Made by a program: the position numbers and the translations under genes
The notes under the pieces: model-generated
The model's database searches: none
Told to the model about the DNA's origin: nothing
The model's input: only the letters and a program-made list of their open reading frames with translations
Shown here: one piece after another, positions 1-8,900 of the stretch
Layout of the letters: each line of letters begins with the position of its first letter
Position numbering within the stretch: the stretch's first letter is position 1
DNA from: Trichodesmium erythraeum IMS101
GTDB lineage: Bacteria; Cyanobacteriota; Cyanobacteriia; Cyanobacteriales; Microcoleaceae
Length of the DNA: 32,000 nucleotides
Assembly: GCF_000014265.1 (NCBI RefSeq)
Contig: NC_008312.1
Location: forward strand, 1,770,001-1,802,000
Direction of reading: 5' to 3'

Positions 1-224
1 TCTTGCAAAAACCGCCATTTTTTTAGGTGAGTAAATATCCCACAAACCACTATCTCATAATAGTTTGAAAGTGCTTGATACCCCGTAATAGTTTCATCCC
101 ATCCAAGTTTTTGTAAAGCTCGAAACATACCAATGTCAGTAAGAGTCACCCAATTTCCTGTTTTAAGTGTAAAGAATGCACATAATTTTACAATAGTAGT
201 ATCTGGGCGTTCTGATACCAGTTG
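1..224 (-). CDS. partial ORF of unknown function running off the left edge (possibly a gene fragment)
   Basis: The minus-strand frame is open from the stop at 225-227 (TAA) down to position 1, 74 codons: ..ERPDTTIVKLCAFFTLKTGNWVTLTDIGMFRALQKLGWDETITGYQALSNYYEIVVCGIFTHLKKWRFLQ.. The first in-frame ATG is at 126-128. No family recognised. Confidence 0.25.
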
Positions 225-530
225 TTAGAAATCTAAATCTGCATTTATAGATGACTAAATCTTGGTTTCCCAGGTTTTAATGCTTCACTCATTGCCATCT
301 ATTATGACCTTATCGTAGAACTTACACAACTTAATTCCCAAAATTAGGCTTAATGCTTGATATCTAAGGGTTTTACCTCACAGCTATTGATAATGATGAA
401 AAAACTACCCCTACTGCAATGCCCCCCTTGCGCGTGAAAATAGGAAGTCCGATCCCACTATAACTAAAGCTTTAAAAAGATTGATCATACAAGAAAAAAA
501 ACTTACGACTATAAATTAAAAAGATAAAAA

Positions 531-559
531 GAGAAGAAAAAAAACTGGGTGGCCACCCA
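531..559 (-). terminator. possible orphan intrinsic terminator (short GC hairpin plus U9 tract on the minus strand)
   Basis: A 14-bp perfect palindrome TGGGTGGCCACCCA lies at 546-559. On the minus strand it is followed after 2 nt by a run of nine T (plus-strand A9 at 536-544). The stem is at most 5 bp with a 4-nt loop, so it is weak. No annotated gene ends here. Confidence 0.3.
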
Positions 560-696
560 TCTGCGATAAAAGACCGAATTTGTATATATAGATGAATCAG
601 TTATGGACAATAGAGAAGATTATAGTTATCAATGGAATGAATTAGGAAAAAAATATTAGGATTTCAAGTTAGGAAAAAAAGTATAAGGGTAAGTGT

Positions 697-805
697 TATG
701 GCAGTCGAAGTATAACACTAACAGTAAGTAAGAACTCAGAAGTCATCTATGACTGAATTTCAAGATTTAGCAATGTCTTAACCTTTGCTTTAAGTTTTGT
801 ATAAG
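697..805. mobile_element. degenerate full-length copy of a ~105-bp MITE-like element (family of 18615-18719)
   Basis: TATGGCAGTCGAAGTATAACACTAACAGTAAGTAAGAACTCAGAAGT...TTTAGCAATGTCTTAACCTTTGCTTTAAGTTTTGTATA aligns along its whole length with 18615-18719. The 3' terminal repeat has decayed. Confidence 0.5.
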
Positions 806-917
806 TGGTTTGTTTTAGAGAAAACTAGTTGCTCAATTGACACTTTTGTGGGCTCTTGTAACTATATAGTTTTTTAAAAATGGTTGAAATAAAAATTATG
901 GCCACAATCAACAATAG

Positions 918-953
918 TAATATTACTAATATTACTAATATTACTAATATTAG
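918..953. repeat. 9-bp microsatellite, (TAATATTAC)x3 plus TAATATTAG
   Basis: Direct reading of 918-953. It accounts for the two overlapping low-complexity ORFs 825-1019(-) and 880-1062(+). Confidence 0.85.
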
Positions 954-1160
954 ACAATGCAAGTTTTCACAAATCTTCAAAAATATCGAAATAGAATTAG
1001 TCGGGACGTTTTTATGCAACGTCCGTAGATTAAATATTTACTACTATATTCTCCTGAGTTAAATAAAATCAAAAATTATTGGTTTTCAATTAAAAATTGA
1101 GTCATAAAGTCAGAAGGAAGAATAGAATATTTTTGTATGGAGAGTTGATTCTGCTGCTAT

Positions 1161-1195
1161 TGTTAATATCCTAAACTTTGCTTCGATTTCTATAC
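1161..1195. mobile_element. solo 3'-end fragment of the same MITE-like family
   Basis: TGTTAATATCCTAAACTTTGCTTCGATTTCTATA matches the last ~35 bp of 18615-18719 (TAGTAATGTCCTAAACTTTGCTTCGACTGCTATA). It lies 40 bp upstream of the ATG at 1236. Confidence 0.4.
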
Positions 1196-1235
1196 AAACT
1201 CATTCAAAAGAAAATTACTTAATAGTCAAATCAAT

Positions 1236-2108
1236 ATGTTTAAGAAAATAATTTGGGGCATAATTAGTGGAACTGTTTGGGGGGTAGTATTTTGTGCTGT
1301 TTTAGCTGGTCTATTTATCGGAATTAATCAAAATTTACTCACTATTGTAAGTTCATTATTAATGGGTATTTTGTGGTGTACAATCATCAGCCTAATTTGG
1401 AAATCATTAATGGGTAAAAATGATGAATCTAACAAAAATTATATAATAGCAGGAATTATTGGTGGTTTTTTTCTCGGCAGTGCTATTGGAGGCTTGATGT
1501 TAGCAATATTAAATCGGGATGCTAATTTTGGTAATACTTATATATTAGGAGCATTTTTGGGAGGAAGTTTTGGTTTTGTTTGGAGTTTGTTTAAACCTCC
1601 TATGTTTTTGGGAGGTGTGAGAATTTGGGGTAAGTATGGAGCAATTTTAGGTGCAATTTGGGGGTCATTTTTCGGTACAATTATAGGTATCGTTGCCACA
1701 CTTTACTTGTTGTTTTCGAGTCAAGGAAATATTGATGCTAGTACTAGTAACTTACCTCAATTATTACTAGCTGTTTTGATTTTTGGTAGTGGAAATGGTG
1801 CTATTGGTGGAATTATATCAGGAATTATATTCGGCGGATTAATTAGGGCTTATCCTTTGCCTTTAGCATTAGAATTAATTGGGATAAGAGGTGCAATTGT
1901 TGGAGCAATTTGGGGTTCTTTTTTGATGGCGATCGCTTTAGGAATTATTGGCGGGATTTCATCTATAGTTATTGGTGATGATTTGTTTTTAAATGTAATA
2001 ATTAGTGGTCCAGTTACTTTGCTGAAAGGAGTAATTATTGGTACAGGTATTGGCTCAATTTGGGGAATAATTTCTGGTGCTTTTTGGGGTGGTTGTGGGA
2101 AATGGTAA
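1236..2108 (+). CDS. glycine-rich polytopic membrane protein, internally repetitive (GxxxG / IWGxxxG motifs), function unknown
   Basis: 290-aa ATG-initiated ORF, almost entirely hydrophobic and Gly-rich. Motifs recur: IIWGIISGTVWG, GAILGAIWGSFFGTIIG, GAIVGAIWGSFLMAIALG, GIGSIWGIISGAFWGG. No family recognised. Confidence 0.6.
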   Translation: MFKKIIWGIISGTVWGVVFCAVLAGLFIGINQNLLTIVSSLLMGILWCTIISLIWKSLMGKNDESNKNYIIAGIIGGFFLGSAIGGLMLAILNRDANFGNTYILGAFLGGSFGFVWSLFKPPMFLGGVRIWGKYGAILGAIWGSFFGTIIGIVATLYLLFSSQGNIDASTSNLPQLLLAVLIFGSGNGAIGGIISGIIFGGLIRAYPLPLALELIGIRGAIVGAIWGSFLMAIALGIIGGISSIVIGDDLFLNVIISGPVTLLKGVIIGTGIGSIWGIISGAFWGGCGKW

Positions 2109-2578
2109 TTACCAATAAAAATTAAAAATCAATCAAATAACTTTCATTTCTGAATTTACTGAGGCAAAGTTATTGTTTTCTTTTTGATTCCCACCAAAAC
2201 TGAATTACTACTCTCTAGTTTATAAGACCTAAATTTTTTATCTCAACCTTTTTAATAATATTATAAATAAGACTTTAGTTATCTAGATGGTACTTATCAT
2301 TTTCTGGTAGAAAAAGTGTTTTAAACTTAATCTAGATCGGGGAATTATGTCGATCCTAAAAACGCATAAAACCCATGCTGGTGTTCTTATAATTGTAGTG
2401 AGTTAACCACTTTCATTGAGAATTTATTTATATCCTATAATTATGTAAAATTTGTCTTATTCTAAACTTTAGACTAAAAGAAATAGACGTGCTAATAGTT
2501 TTCATAAATTCTCAAATTTCTGCTCCGAAACCTACCTTTATATTTTTTTTTGTTAGTTAAATTAGCTTTCATAAAAGT

Positions 2579-3475
2579 CTACTGATTTCTCAACTTAGGA
2601 TTAACAAATTCATTCAATCCTTCTCCTAATAAAGAGAGTCCAACCACCATTAAAGTTAAAGTAAAACCAGGGAAAAAAGCAGTCCACCAAATACCTGTTG
2701 GTAAAGCATTTAAAGCCAACCTTAAATCATTTCCCCATTCAGCAGTTTCAGGAGGTAATCCTAATCCTAAAAATCCTAATCCTCCTAATACTAAAACTGC
2801 ATCTGCAGCATTAAGAGTAAACAACACAGGAACACTCTGAATAACATTCATAAATAAGTAACGAGTCAACACTCTCCAAGTATTAGCACCCATCGCTCTT
2901 GCTGCTTCAATAAAAAGTTCTGTTTTGACACTAACTGTATGGTTACGAACTACTCGATAATACTGAGGAATATAAGCAATACTCAGAGCGATCGCTGCAT
3001 TTAATATTCCTTTTCCAACTACAAAAGCTAAAGTTATAGAAAGTAATAATCCTGGTAAAGTATAAACAGTATCCATAAAAAATATTAAAACTTTATCAAT
3101 TCTACCTCCAAGATAACCACTTATCATTCCTAATGGCACACCAATAATTAAACTTAATGTTGTGGCTAAAATTACAACTTTCCAAGCAACTTGTGCGCCG
3201 AATAAAGTTCGAGAAAATACATCATAACCTTGACGACTTGTGCCAAACCAATGTTCAAAAGAAGGTGGTTGATGTATAGGGTTACTGAGAAATTCTTGAG
3301 GGTCTTGCAACCAACCTAAACTTTCTAAAAGTGGAGCAAAAATACTGATTAATATAAATAGCAATGTAACTATTAAACCCAGCCACATCATCTGCATTGA
3401 AATAGTGGGTTTACTAGAAAGCCGGAAAAATTTAGCTAGTGAATATCTACTTATCATAATCTGGTAATATCTCAA
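2579..3475 (-). CDS. ABC transporter permease, DppC/OppC/NikC type (binding-protein-dependent transport inner-membrane component)
   Basis: 298 aa with multiple TM helices. It has the characteristic EAA loop (FIEAARAMGANTWRVLTRYLFMNV) and an OppC-like N-terminus (..FAPLL..WFGTSRQGYDVFSRTLFGA). The start is ambiguous (M1, M8 or M27). No partner ABC genes are in the window. Confidence 0.85.
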   Translation of the reverse strand: MRYYQIMISRYSLAKFFRLSSKPTISMQMMWLGLIVTLLFILISIFAPLLESLGWLQDPQEFLSNPIHQPPSFEHWFGTSRQGYDVFSRTLFGAQVAWKVVILATTLSLIIGVPLGMISGYLGGRIDKVLIFFMDTVYTLPGLLLSITLAFVVGKGILNAAIALSIAYIPQYYRVVRNHTVSVKTELFIEAARAMGANTWRVLTRYLFMNVIQSVPVLFTLNAADAVLVLGGLGFLGLGLPPETAEWGNDLRLALNALPTGIWWTAFFPGFTLTLMVVGLSLLGEGLNEFVNPKLRNQ

Positions 3476-4401
3476 CTTAGGAATTATAATTCTAGCATAA
3501 ACTGATATACTTGAATAAGTAGATATATAATATTAATTATATCAAATCTCATACATTCTTACTATATTTTATTTGTGGTAGGTAGTAAAGAGTAGGGAGT
3601 AGGAAATAGGGATTAGAGTTTTATAGAGTAAGATATCTTCAATATCTTCACGCTTTTACAAACGAACCCTTAAAATATTGGCCTTAACTTATTTACTGCT
3701 TAATAGTAAATTTTATTATAAAAAAAATTAATCTAGATTTCCATCTCATTTGAATATATATAATCTGAATTATTTGCTTTCTAAATATTATAGAGAATTA
3801 GAATAGACAAACAATTTTATTTAAGCATTCAGACATTAAATATTGAGCAACATTTAAAATACTATCAAAGCAAATTAGCTAATATTTATGATAAATTACA
3901 TCATTTTTAAAAAAGAATACTACAAATAAAAATGTGCATTTCTATCAGAGATCTTTCAAAAAGATATCCCCATTCATTTTAGACAGCTATCTCTATAATT
4001 TTTTCTTTGTTTTCAACATTTATTCTTTCTCTCCTAAATAACTATATCCTTATTTATTCTTCTTTCTTACTTACTTTTATAGCTCTAATAATTAATAGTT
4101 AAACAACCATATTTATTTTTTTATAATAGTCATTTAAGTTTAAATTTTTGTACAAAAAAAATACTAAGAACGAAAATAATAGTATTATTTTTTTGCACAA
4201 TTTTATTCAATAATTTTGTAGGTTTGAAGTAATAAATATCTATTTTATCATCATATATAACTAATTATTTACCCCATAAAATTGTTAAAGTTATTGATAA
4301 AAATATAGCGCTTTTTAAGTTGCTAAACTACAGTTTTTTCTTCTTTTATATACCCTGTTTTCCACATTACTACTCTTTAAGAGACTTTGCATAGAGTTAC
4401 C

Positions 4402-4593
4402 CTAATAAAACAAATAAATTTTGTGCCTTAAAAGTCTGAAAATTGCTGTAATAAACATAGGTAACTTCTCTTTTAGTTTAGGAACATTTGTCCTTCTATT
4501 ATCATTATGTATCTGATAATAATGAATATAATTATGAGTTATTACTTCTCCTTTTATGTGAGCAATAGGAAATTTGCAGGTAGTCAAATTCAA
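4402..4593 (-). pseudogene. decayed fragment paralogous to the 2OG-Fe(II) oxygenase-like gene at 4989-5900
   Basis: LNLTTCKFPIAHIKGEVITHNYIHYYQIHNDN aligns with VLNKLSIPVFSIAEIESQLTAHNNNNFYKIHNDN of the neighbouring gene and shares the IHNDN iron-binding motif. Similarity is lost after the motif and the rest of the domain is missing. Confidence 0.4.
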
Positions 4594-4988
4594 CTAAAAA
4601 TTAAGGTAAAACTAATTTAATTTAATTTAATCACTAATTATAGCTATGGAAATAGATAGTAAATGCAAAATTTGTATTTGCGAAAGGAGGTGTTATTAAA
4701 GTTTCAACTAGTAGTAAATTTTTGAAAATATGGCTCTAGTCTAATTACATATTAAAGATTTTTTTTCTTTGAGACCAAAGAAAAAAAATATCAATTTTAA
4801 CACATTTTTATTTAACCCAATTTCAATTATATTTGTCACCGAGTATAATTATTTATTTGAGGTCTAACTTTTATATTTGATAGCATATTTCAAGTATATA
4901 AAGTACAAATATTAATGATAAAACCTTGATAGAAAAGACATATTGCCTGTAATAGCTTTACCTGACACTTGATGACATCTATTTTATA

Positions 4989-5900
4989 TTAACTGCGACG
5001 TATCCAACCATTAATAGTAAAGCGACTATCCGCAAAATCTTGAGAAGGACAAGTTACCGGCAAAACTTCATGCATATAACGACTGAGGAAAAATACAATA
5101 GTATTATTTGTAGGTTCTATACTTTTAAATGTTTGAGCTTTTACATAGTATTTTCCTTGAATTTTACTATCATAAATTATTAGCTTACCTTCTGTAAATG
5201 CTTTAGGTTCTCGATAAAAATAGTAAACATAAGTAAGAACTCTAGTTGCAGTATCAGGAGAACCATTATCATTATGAATTTTATAAAAGTTATTATTGTT
5301 ATGAGCTGTTAACTGACTTTCAATTTCAGCAATTGAAAATACAGGAATACTCAACTTATTTAAAACATCAGGAAAAATTTCTTTAATTCTATTAACTATC
5401 AATTCTTGGAATTTTGGGAAAGAGTACAATACTAAAGAACGACGATAATTTTCAGCTTTAGTTGATGTTGTAGTTGGAGAAAAATCTGATTTTCTTTGCA
5501 AAACATAATTCAATAATTGTTTATTTTCTGATTGGCTTAGAAAATTTTCTATCAGTAAATAATGAGATTCTAAATTGTTTATTTTAGGAGTAGTATTAGT
5601 AGAATTTTTGAGATTATTTTTAGTATCTTGTGGCTGTAAATTCTGTAAAGAAATTGGTGGTTCGGTTACCATTCCGACTAAATGTTCACTGGGAAAACAT
5701 AAAGCAGAATGACCTTCTGCTAGAGGAATTTGAAATAGGGTAGAATTTTCATTTTTTTGATGTTTAGATAATAATGTTTTGGCTAAAAGTTGTAGTAAGG
5801 GTGCATCAGATTTGAGATAAATAGTATATTGATGCCCTCCTGCTAATAGGAGTTGAATTTTTACTTCTTGGGGTTCGCTTTCGGATACAGTAGTTATCAT
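4989..5900 (-). CDS. 2OG-Fe(II) oxygenase superfamily protein (prolyl-hydroxylase-like C-terminal domain) with an uncharacterised N-terminal domain
   Basis: 303 aa, ATG start. The C-terminal half carries the HxD...H...R signature in the usual order: KIHNDN, then RYMHEVLPV, then SRFTINGWI. The layout resembles 2OG-FeII_Oxy_3-type domains. The N-terminal ~110 aa are unassigned. Confidence 0.65.
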   Translation of the reverse strand: MITTVSESEPQEVKIQLLLAGGHQYTIYLKSDAPLLQLLAKTLLSKHQKNENSTLFQIPLAEGHSALCFPSEHLVGMVTEPPISLQNLQPQDTKNNLKNSTNTTPKINNLESHYLLIENFLSQSENKQLLNYVLQRKSDFSPTTTSTKAENYRRSLVLYSFPKFQELIVNRIKEIFPDVLNKLSIPVFSIAEIESQLTAHNNNNFYKIHNDNGSPDTATRVLTYVYYFYREPKAFTEGKLIIYDSKIQGKYYVKAQTFKSIEPTNNTIVFFLSRYMHEVLPVTCPSQDFADSRFTINGWIRRS

Positions 5901-5970
5901 ATTTTTGATAAATAATCAATGTCTTAAATTGGTTAATAGTTTGTAATGCCTCACAGCTTTATAGGAGAGT

Positions 5971-8900
5971 TTTTATTGTAGCACTTATGAAAAAACAGAC
6001 ATATTATATTGATAGTAAATAACTATTCCACTCGCCAAAATTGCTCTAAGTAAAATGAAAATATCCTCTCCCACATCCGACTTTTTCTCATCTCAAAAAT
6101 TCTGAGCAGAGTCAATTTTATTTTACCGCTTCTGGAGAAATAGATACATCATATTAATTACTAATTTTATTTTGTCGCTTCTAGAGAAATAGATACATCA
6201 TCTTAATTACTGAATCGCCAAAATTACTCTAAGTAAAATGAAAATATCCTCTCCCACATCCGACTTTTTCTCATCTCAAAAATTATGAGCAGAGTCAATT
6301 TAATTTTGCCGCTTTTGGAGAAATAAATACATCATATTAATTACTCATGTGATTTTGTCGCTTCTGGAGAAATAGATACATCATCTTAATTACTGAATCG
6401 CCAAAATTGCTCTAAGTAAAATGAAAATATCCTCTCCCACATCCGACTTTTTCTCATCTCAAAAATTATGAGCAGAGTCAATTTAATTTTGTCACTTCTG
6501 GAGAAATAGATACATCATATTAATTACTCATTTTATTTTGTCGCTTCTGGAGAAATAGATACATCATCTTAATTACTGAATCGCCAAAATTGCTCTAAGT
6601 AAAATGAAAATATCCTCTCCCACATCCGACTTTTTCTCATCTCAAAAATTCTGAGCAGAGTCAATTTAATTTTGTCACTTCTGGAGAAATAGATACATCA
6701 TATTAATTACTAATTTTATTTTGTCGCTTCTGGAGAAATAGATACATTATATTAATTACTGAATCACCAAAATTGCCCTAAGTAAAATGAAACTATCCTC
6801 TCCCATATCCGACTTTTTCTCATCTCAAAAATTCTGAGCAGAGTCAATTTAATTTTGTCACTTCTGGAGAAATAGATACATCATATTAATTACTAATTTT
6901 ATTTTGTCGCTTCTGGAGAAATAGATACATCATATTAATTACTGAATCGCCAAAATTGCTCTAAGTAAAATGAAAATATCCTTTCCCACATCTGACTTTT
7001 TCTCATCTCAAAAATTCTGAGCAGAGTCAATTTAATTTTGTCACTTCTGGAGAGATAGATACATCATATTAATTACTAATTTAATTTTGTCGCTTCTGGA
7101 GAAATAGATACATCATCTTAATTACTGAATCGCCAAAATTGCTCTAAGTAAAATGAAAATATCCTCTCCCACATCCGACTTTTTCTCATCTCAAAAATTC
7201 TGAGCAGAGTCAATTTAATTTTGTCACTTCTGGAGAAATAGATACATCATATTAATTACTAATTTTATTTTGTCGCTTCTGGAGAAATAGATACATCATC
7301 TTAATTACTGAATCGCCAAAATTGCTCTAAGTAAAATGAAAATATCCTTTCCCACATCCGACTTTTTCTCATCTCAAAAATTCTGAGCAGAGTCAATTTA
7401 ATTTTGCCACTTCTGGAGAAATAAATACATCATATTAATTACTCATTTTATTTTGTCGCTTCTGGAGAAATAGATACATCATCTTAATTACTGAATCGCC
7501 AAAATTGCTCTAAGTAAAATGAAAATATCCTTTCCCACATCCGACTTTTTCTCATCTCAAAAATTCTGAGCAGAGTCAATTTAATTTTGTCACTTCTGGA
7601 GAAATAGATACATCATATTAATTACTAATTTTATTTTGTCGCTTCTGGAGAAATAGATACATCATCTTAATTACTGAATCGCCAAAATTGCTCTAAGTAA
7701 AATGAAAATATCCTTTCCCACATCCGACTTTTTCTCATCTCAAAAATTCTGAGCAGAGTCAATTTAATTTTGCCACTTCTGGAGAAATAGATACATCATA
7801 TTAATTACTCATTTTATTTTGTCGCTTCTGGATAAATAGATACATCATATTAATTACTGAATCGCCAAAATTGCTCTAAGTAAAATGAAAATATCCTCTC
7901 CCACATCCGACTTTTTCTCATCTCAAAAATTCTGAGCAGAGTCAATTTAATTTTGTCACTTCTGGAGAAATAGATACATCATATTAATTACTCATTTTAT
8001 TTTGTCGCTTCTGGATAAATAGATACATCATATTAATTACTGAATCGCCAAAATTGCTCTAAGTAAAATGAAAATATCCTCTTCCATATCCGACTTTTTC
8101 TCATCTCAAAAATTCTGAGCAGAGTCAATTTAATTTTGTCACTTCTAGAGAAATAGATACATCATATTAATTACTCATGTGATTTTGTCGCTTCTGGAGA
8201 AATAGATACATCATATTAATTACTGAATCGCCAAAATTGCTCTAAGTAAAATGAAAATATCCTTTCCCACATCCGACTTTTTCTCATCTCAAAAATTCTG
8301 AGCAGAGTCAATTTAATTTTGCCACTTCTGGAGAAATAGATACATCATCTTAATTACTGAATCGCCAAAATTGCTCTAAGTAAAATGAAAATATCCTCTC
8401 CCACATCCGACTTTTTCTCATCTCAAAAATTCTGAGCAGAGTCAATTTAATTTTGTCACTTCTAGAGAAATAGATACATCATATTAATTACTCATGTGAT
8501 TTTGTCGTTTCTGGAGAAATAGATACATCATATTAATTACTGAATCGCCAAAATTGCTCTAAGTAAAATGAAAATATCCTCTCCCACATCCGACTTTTTC
8601 TCATCTCAAAAATTCTGAGCAGAGTCAATTTAATTTTGTCACTTCTGGAGAAATAGATACATCATATTAATTACTAATTTTATTTTGTCACTTCTGGAGA
8701 AATAGATACATCATATTAATTACTGAATCGCCAAAATTGCTCTAAGTAAAATGAAAATATCCTTTCCCACATCCGACTTTTTCTCATCTCAAAAATTCTG
8801 AGCAGAGTAAATTTAATTTTGCCGCTTCTGGAGAAATAAATACATCATATTAATGACTAATTTTATTTTGTCGCTTTTGGAGAAATAGATACATCATATT

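Noticed and set aside
825-1062. Overlapping ORFs 825-1019(-) and 880-1062(+).
   Set aside because: Both are driven by the 9-bp microsatellite at 918-953, which gives NITNITNIT on one strand and LVILVILVI on the other. They are low-complexity and mutually exclusive, with no RBS.
2579-3475. The ABC permease as an 'orphan' lacking solute-binding, partner permease and ATPase genes.
   Set aside because: ABC transporter components are commonly scattered in cyanobacterial genomes, so this is not unusual enough to report as a finding.
4759-4788. A 13-bp perfect inverted repeat TTTTTTTTCTTTG-AGAC-CAAAGAAAAAAAA downstream of the 2OG-oxygenase-like gene, considered as a terminator.
   Set aside because: On both strands the T-run precedes the hairpin and the A-run follows it, so there is no 3' U-tract. 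The stem is almost entirely A:T. It is probably just an AT-rich palindrome.
6604-6654. Micro-ORFs repeated in every array unit. The plus strand gives MKISSPTSDFFSSQKF (16 aa, exemplar 6604-6654). The minus strand gives MRKSRMWERIFSFYLEQFWRFSN (23 aa).
   Set aside because: Neither has a ribosome-binding site. The substitutions that distinguish units fall inside these frames and are mostly non-synonymous (I/L, S/F, P/S, T/I/K), so I see no sign of coding constraint. Ribosome profiling would be needed to revive the idea.
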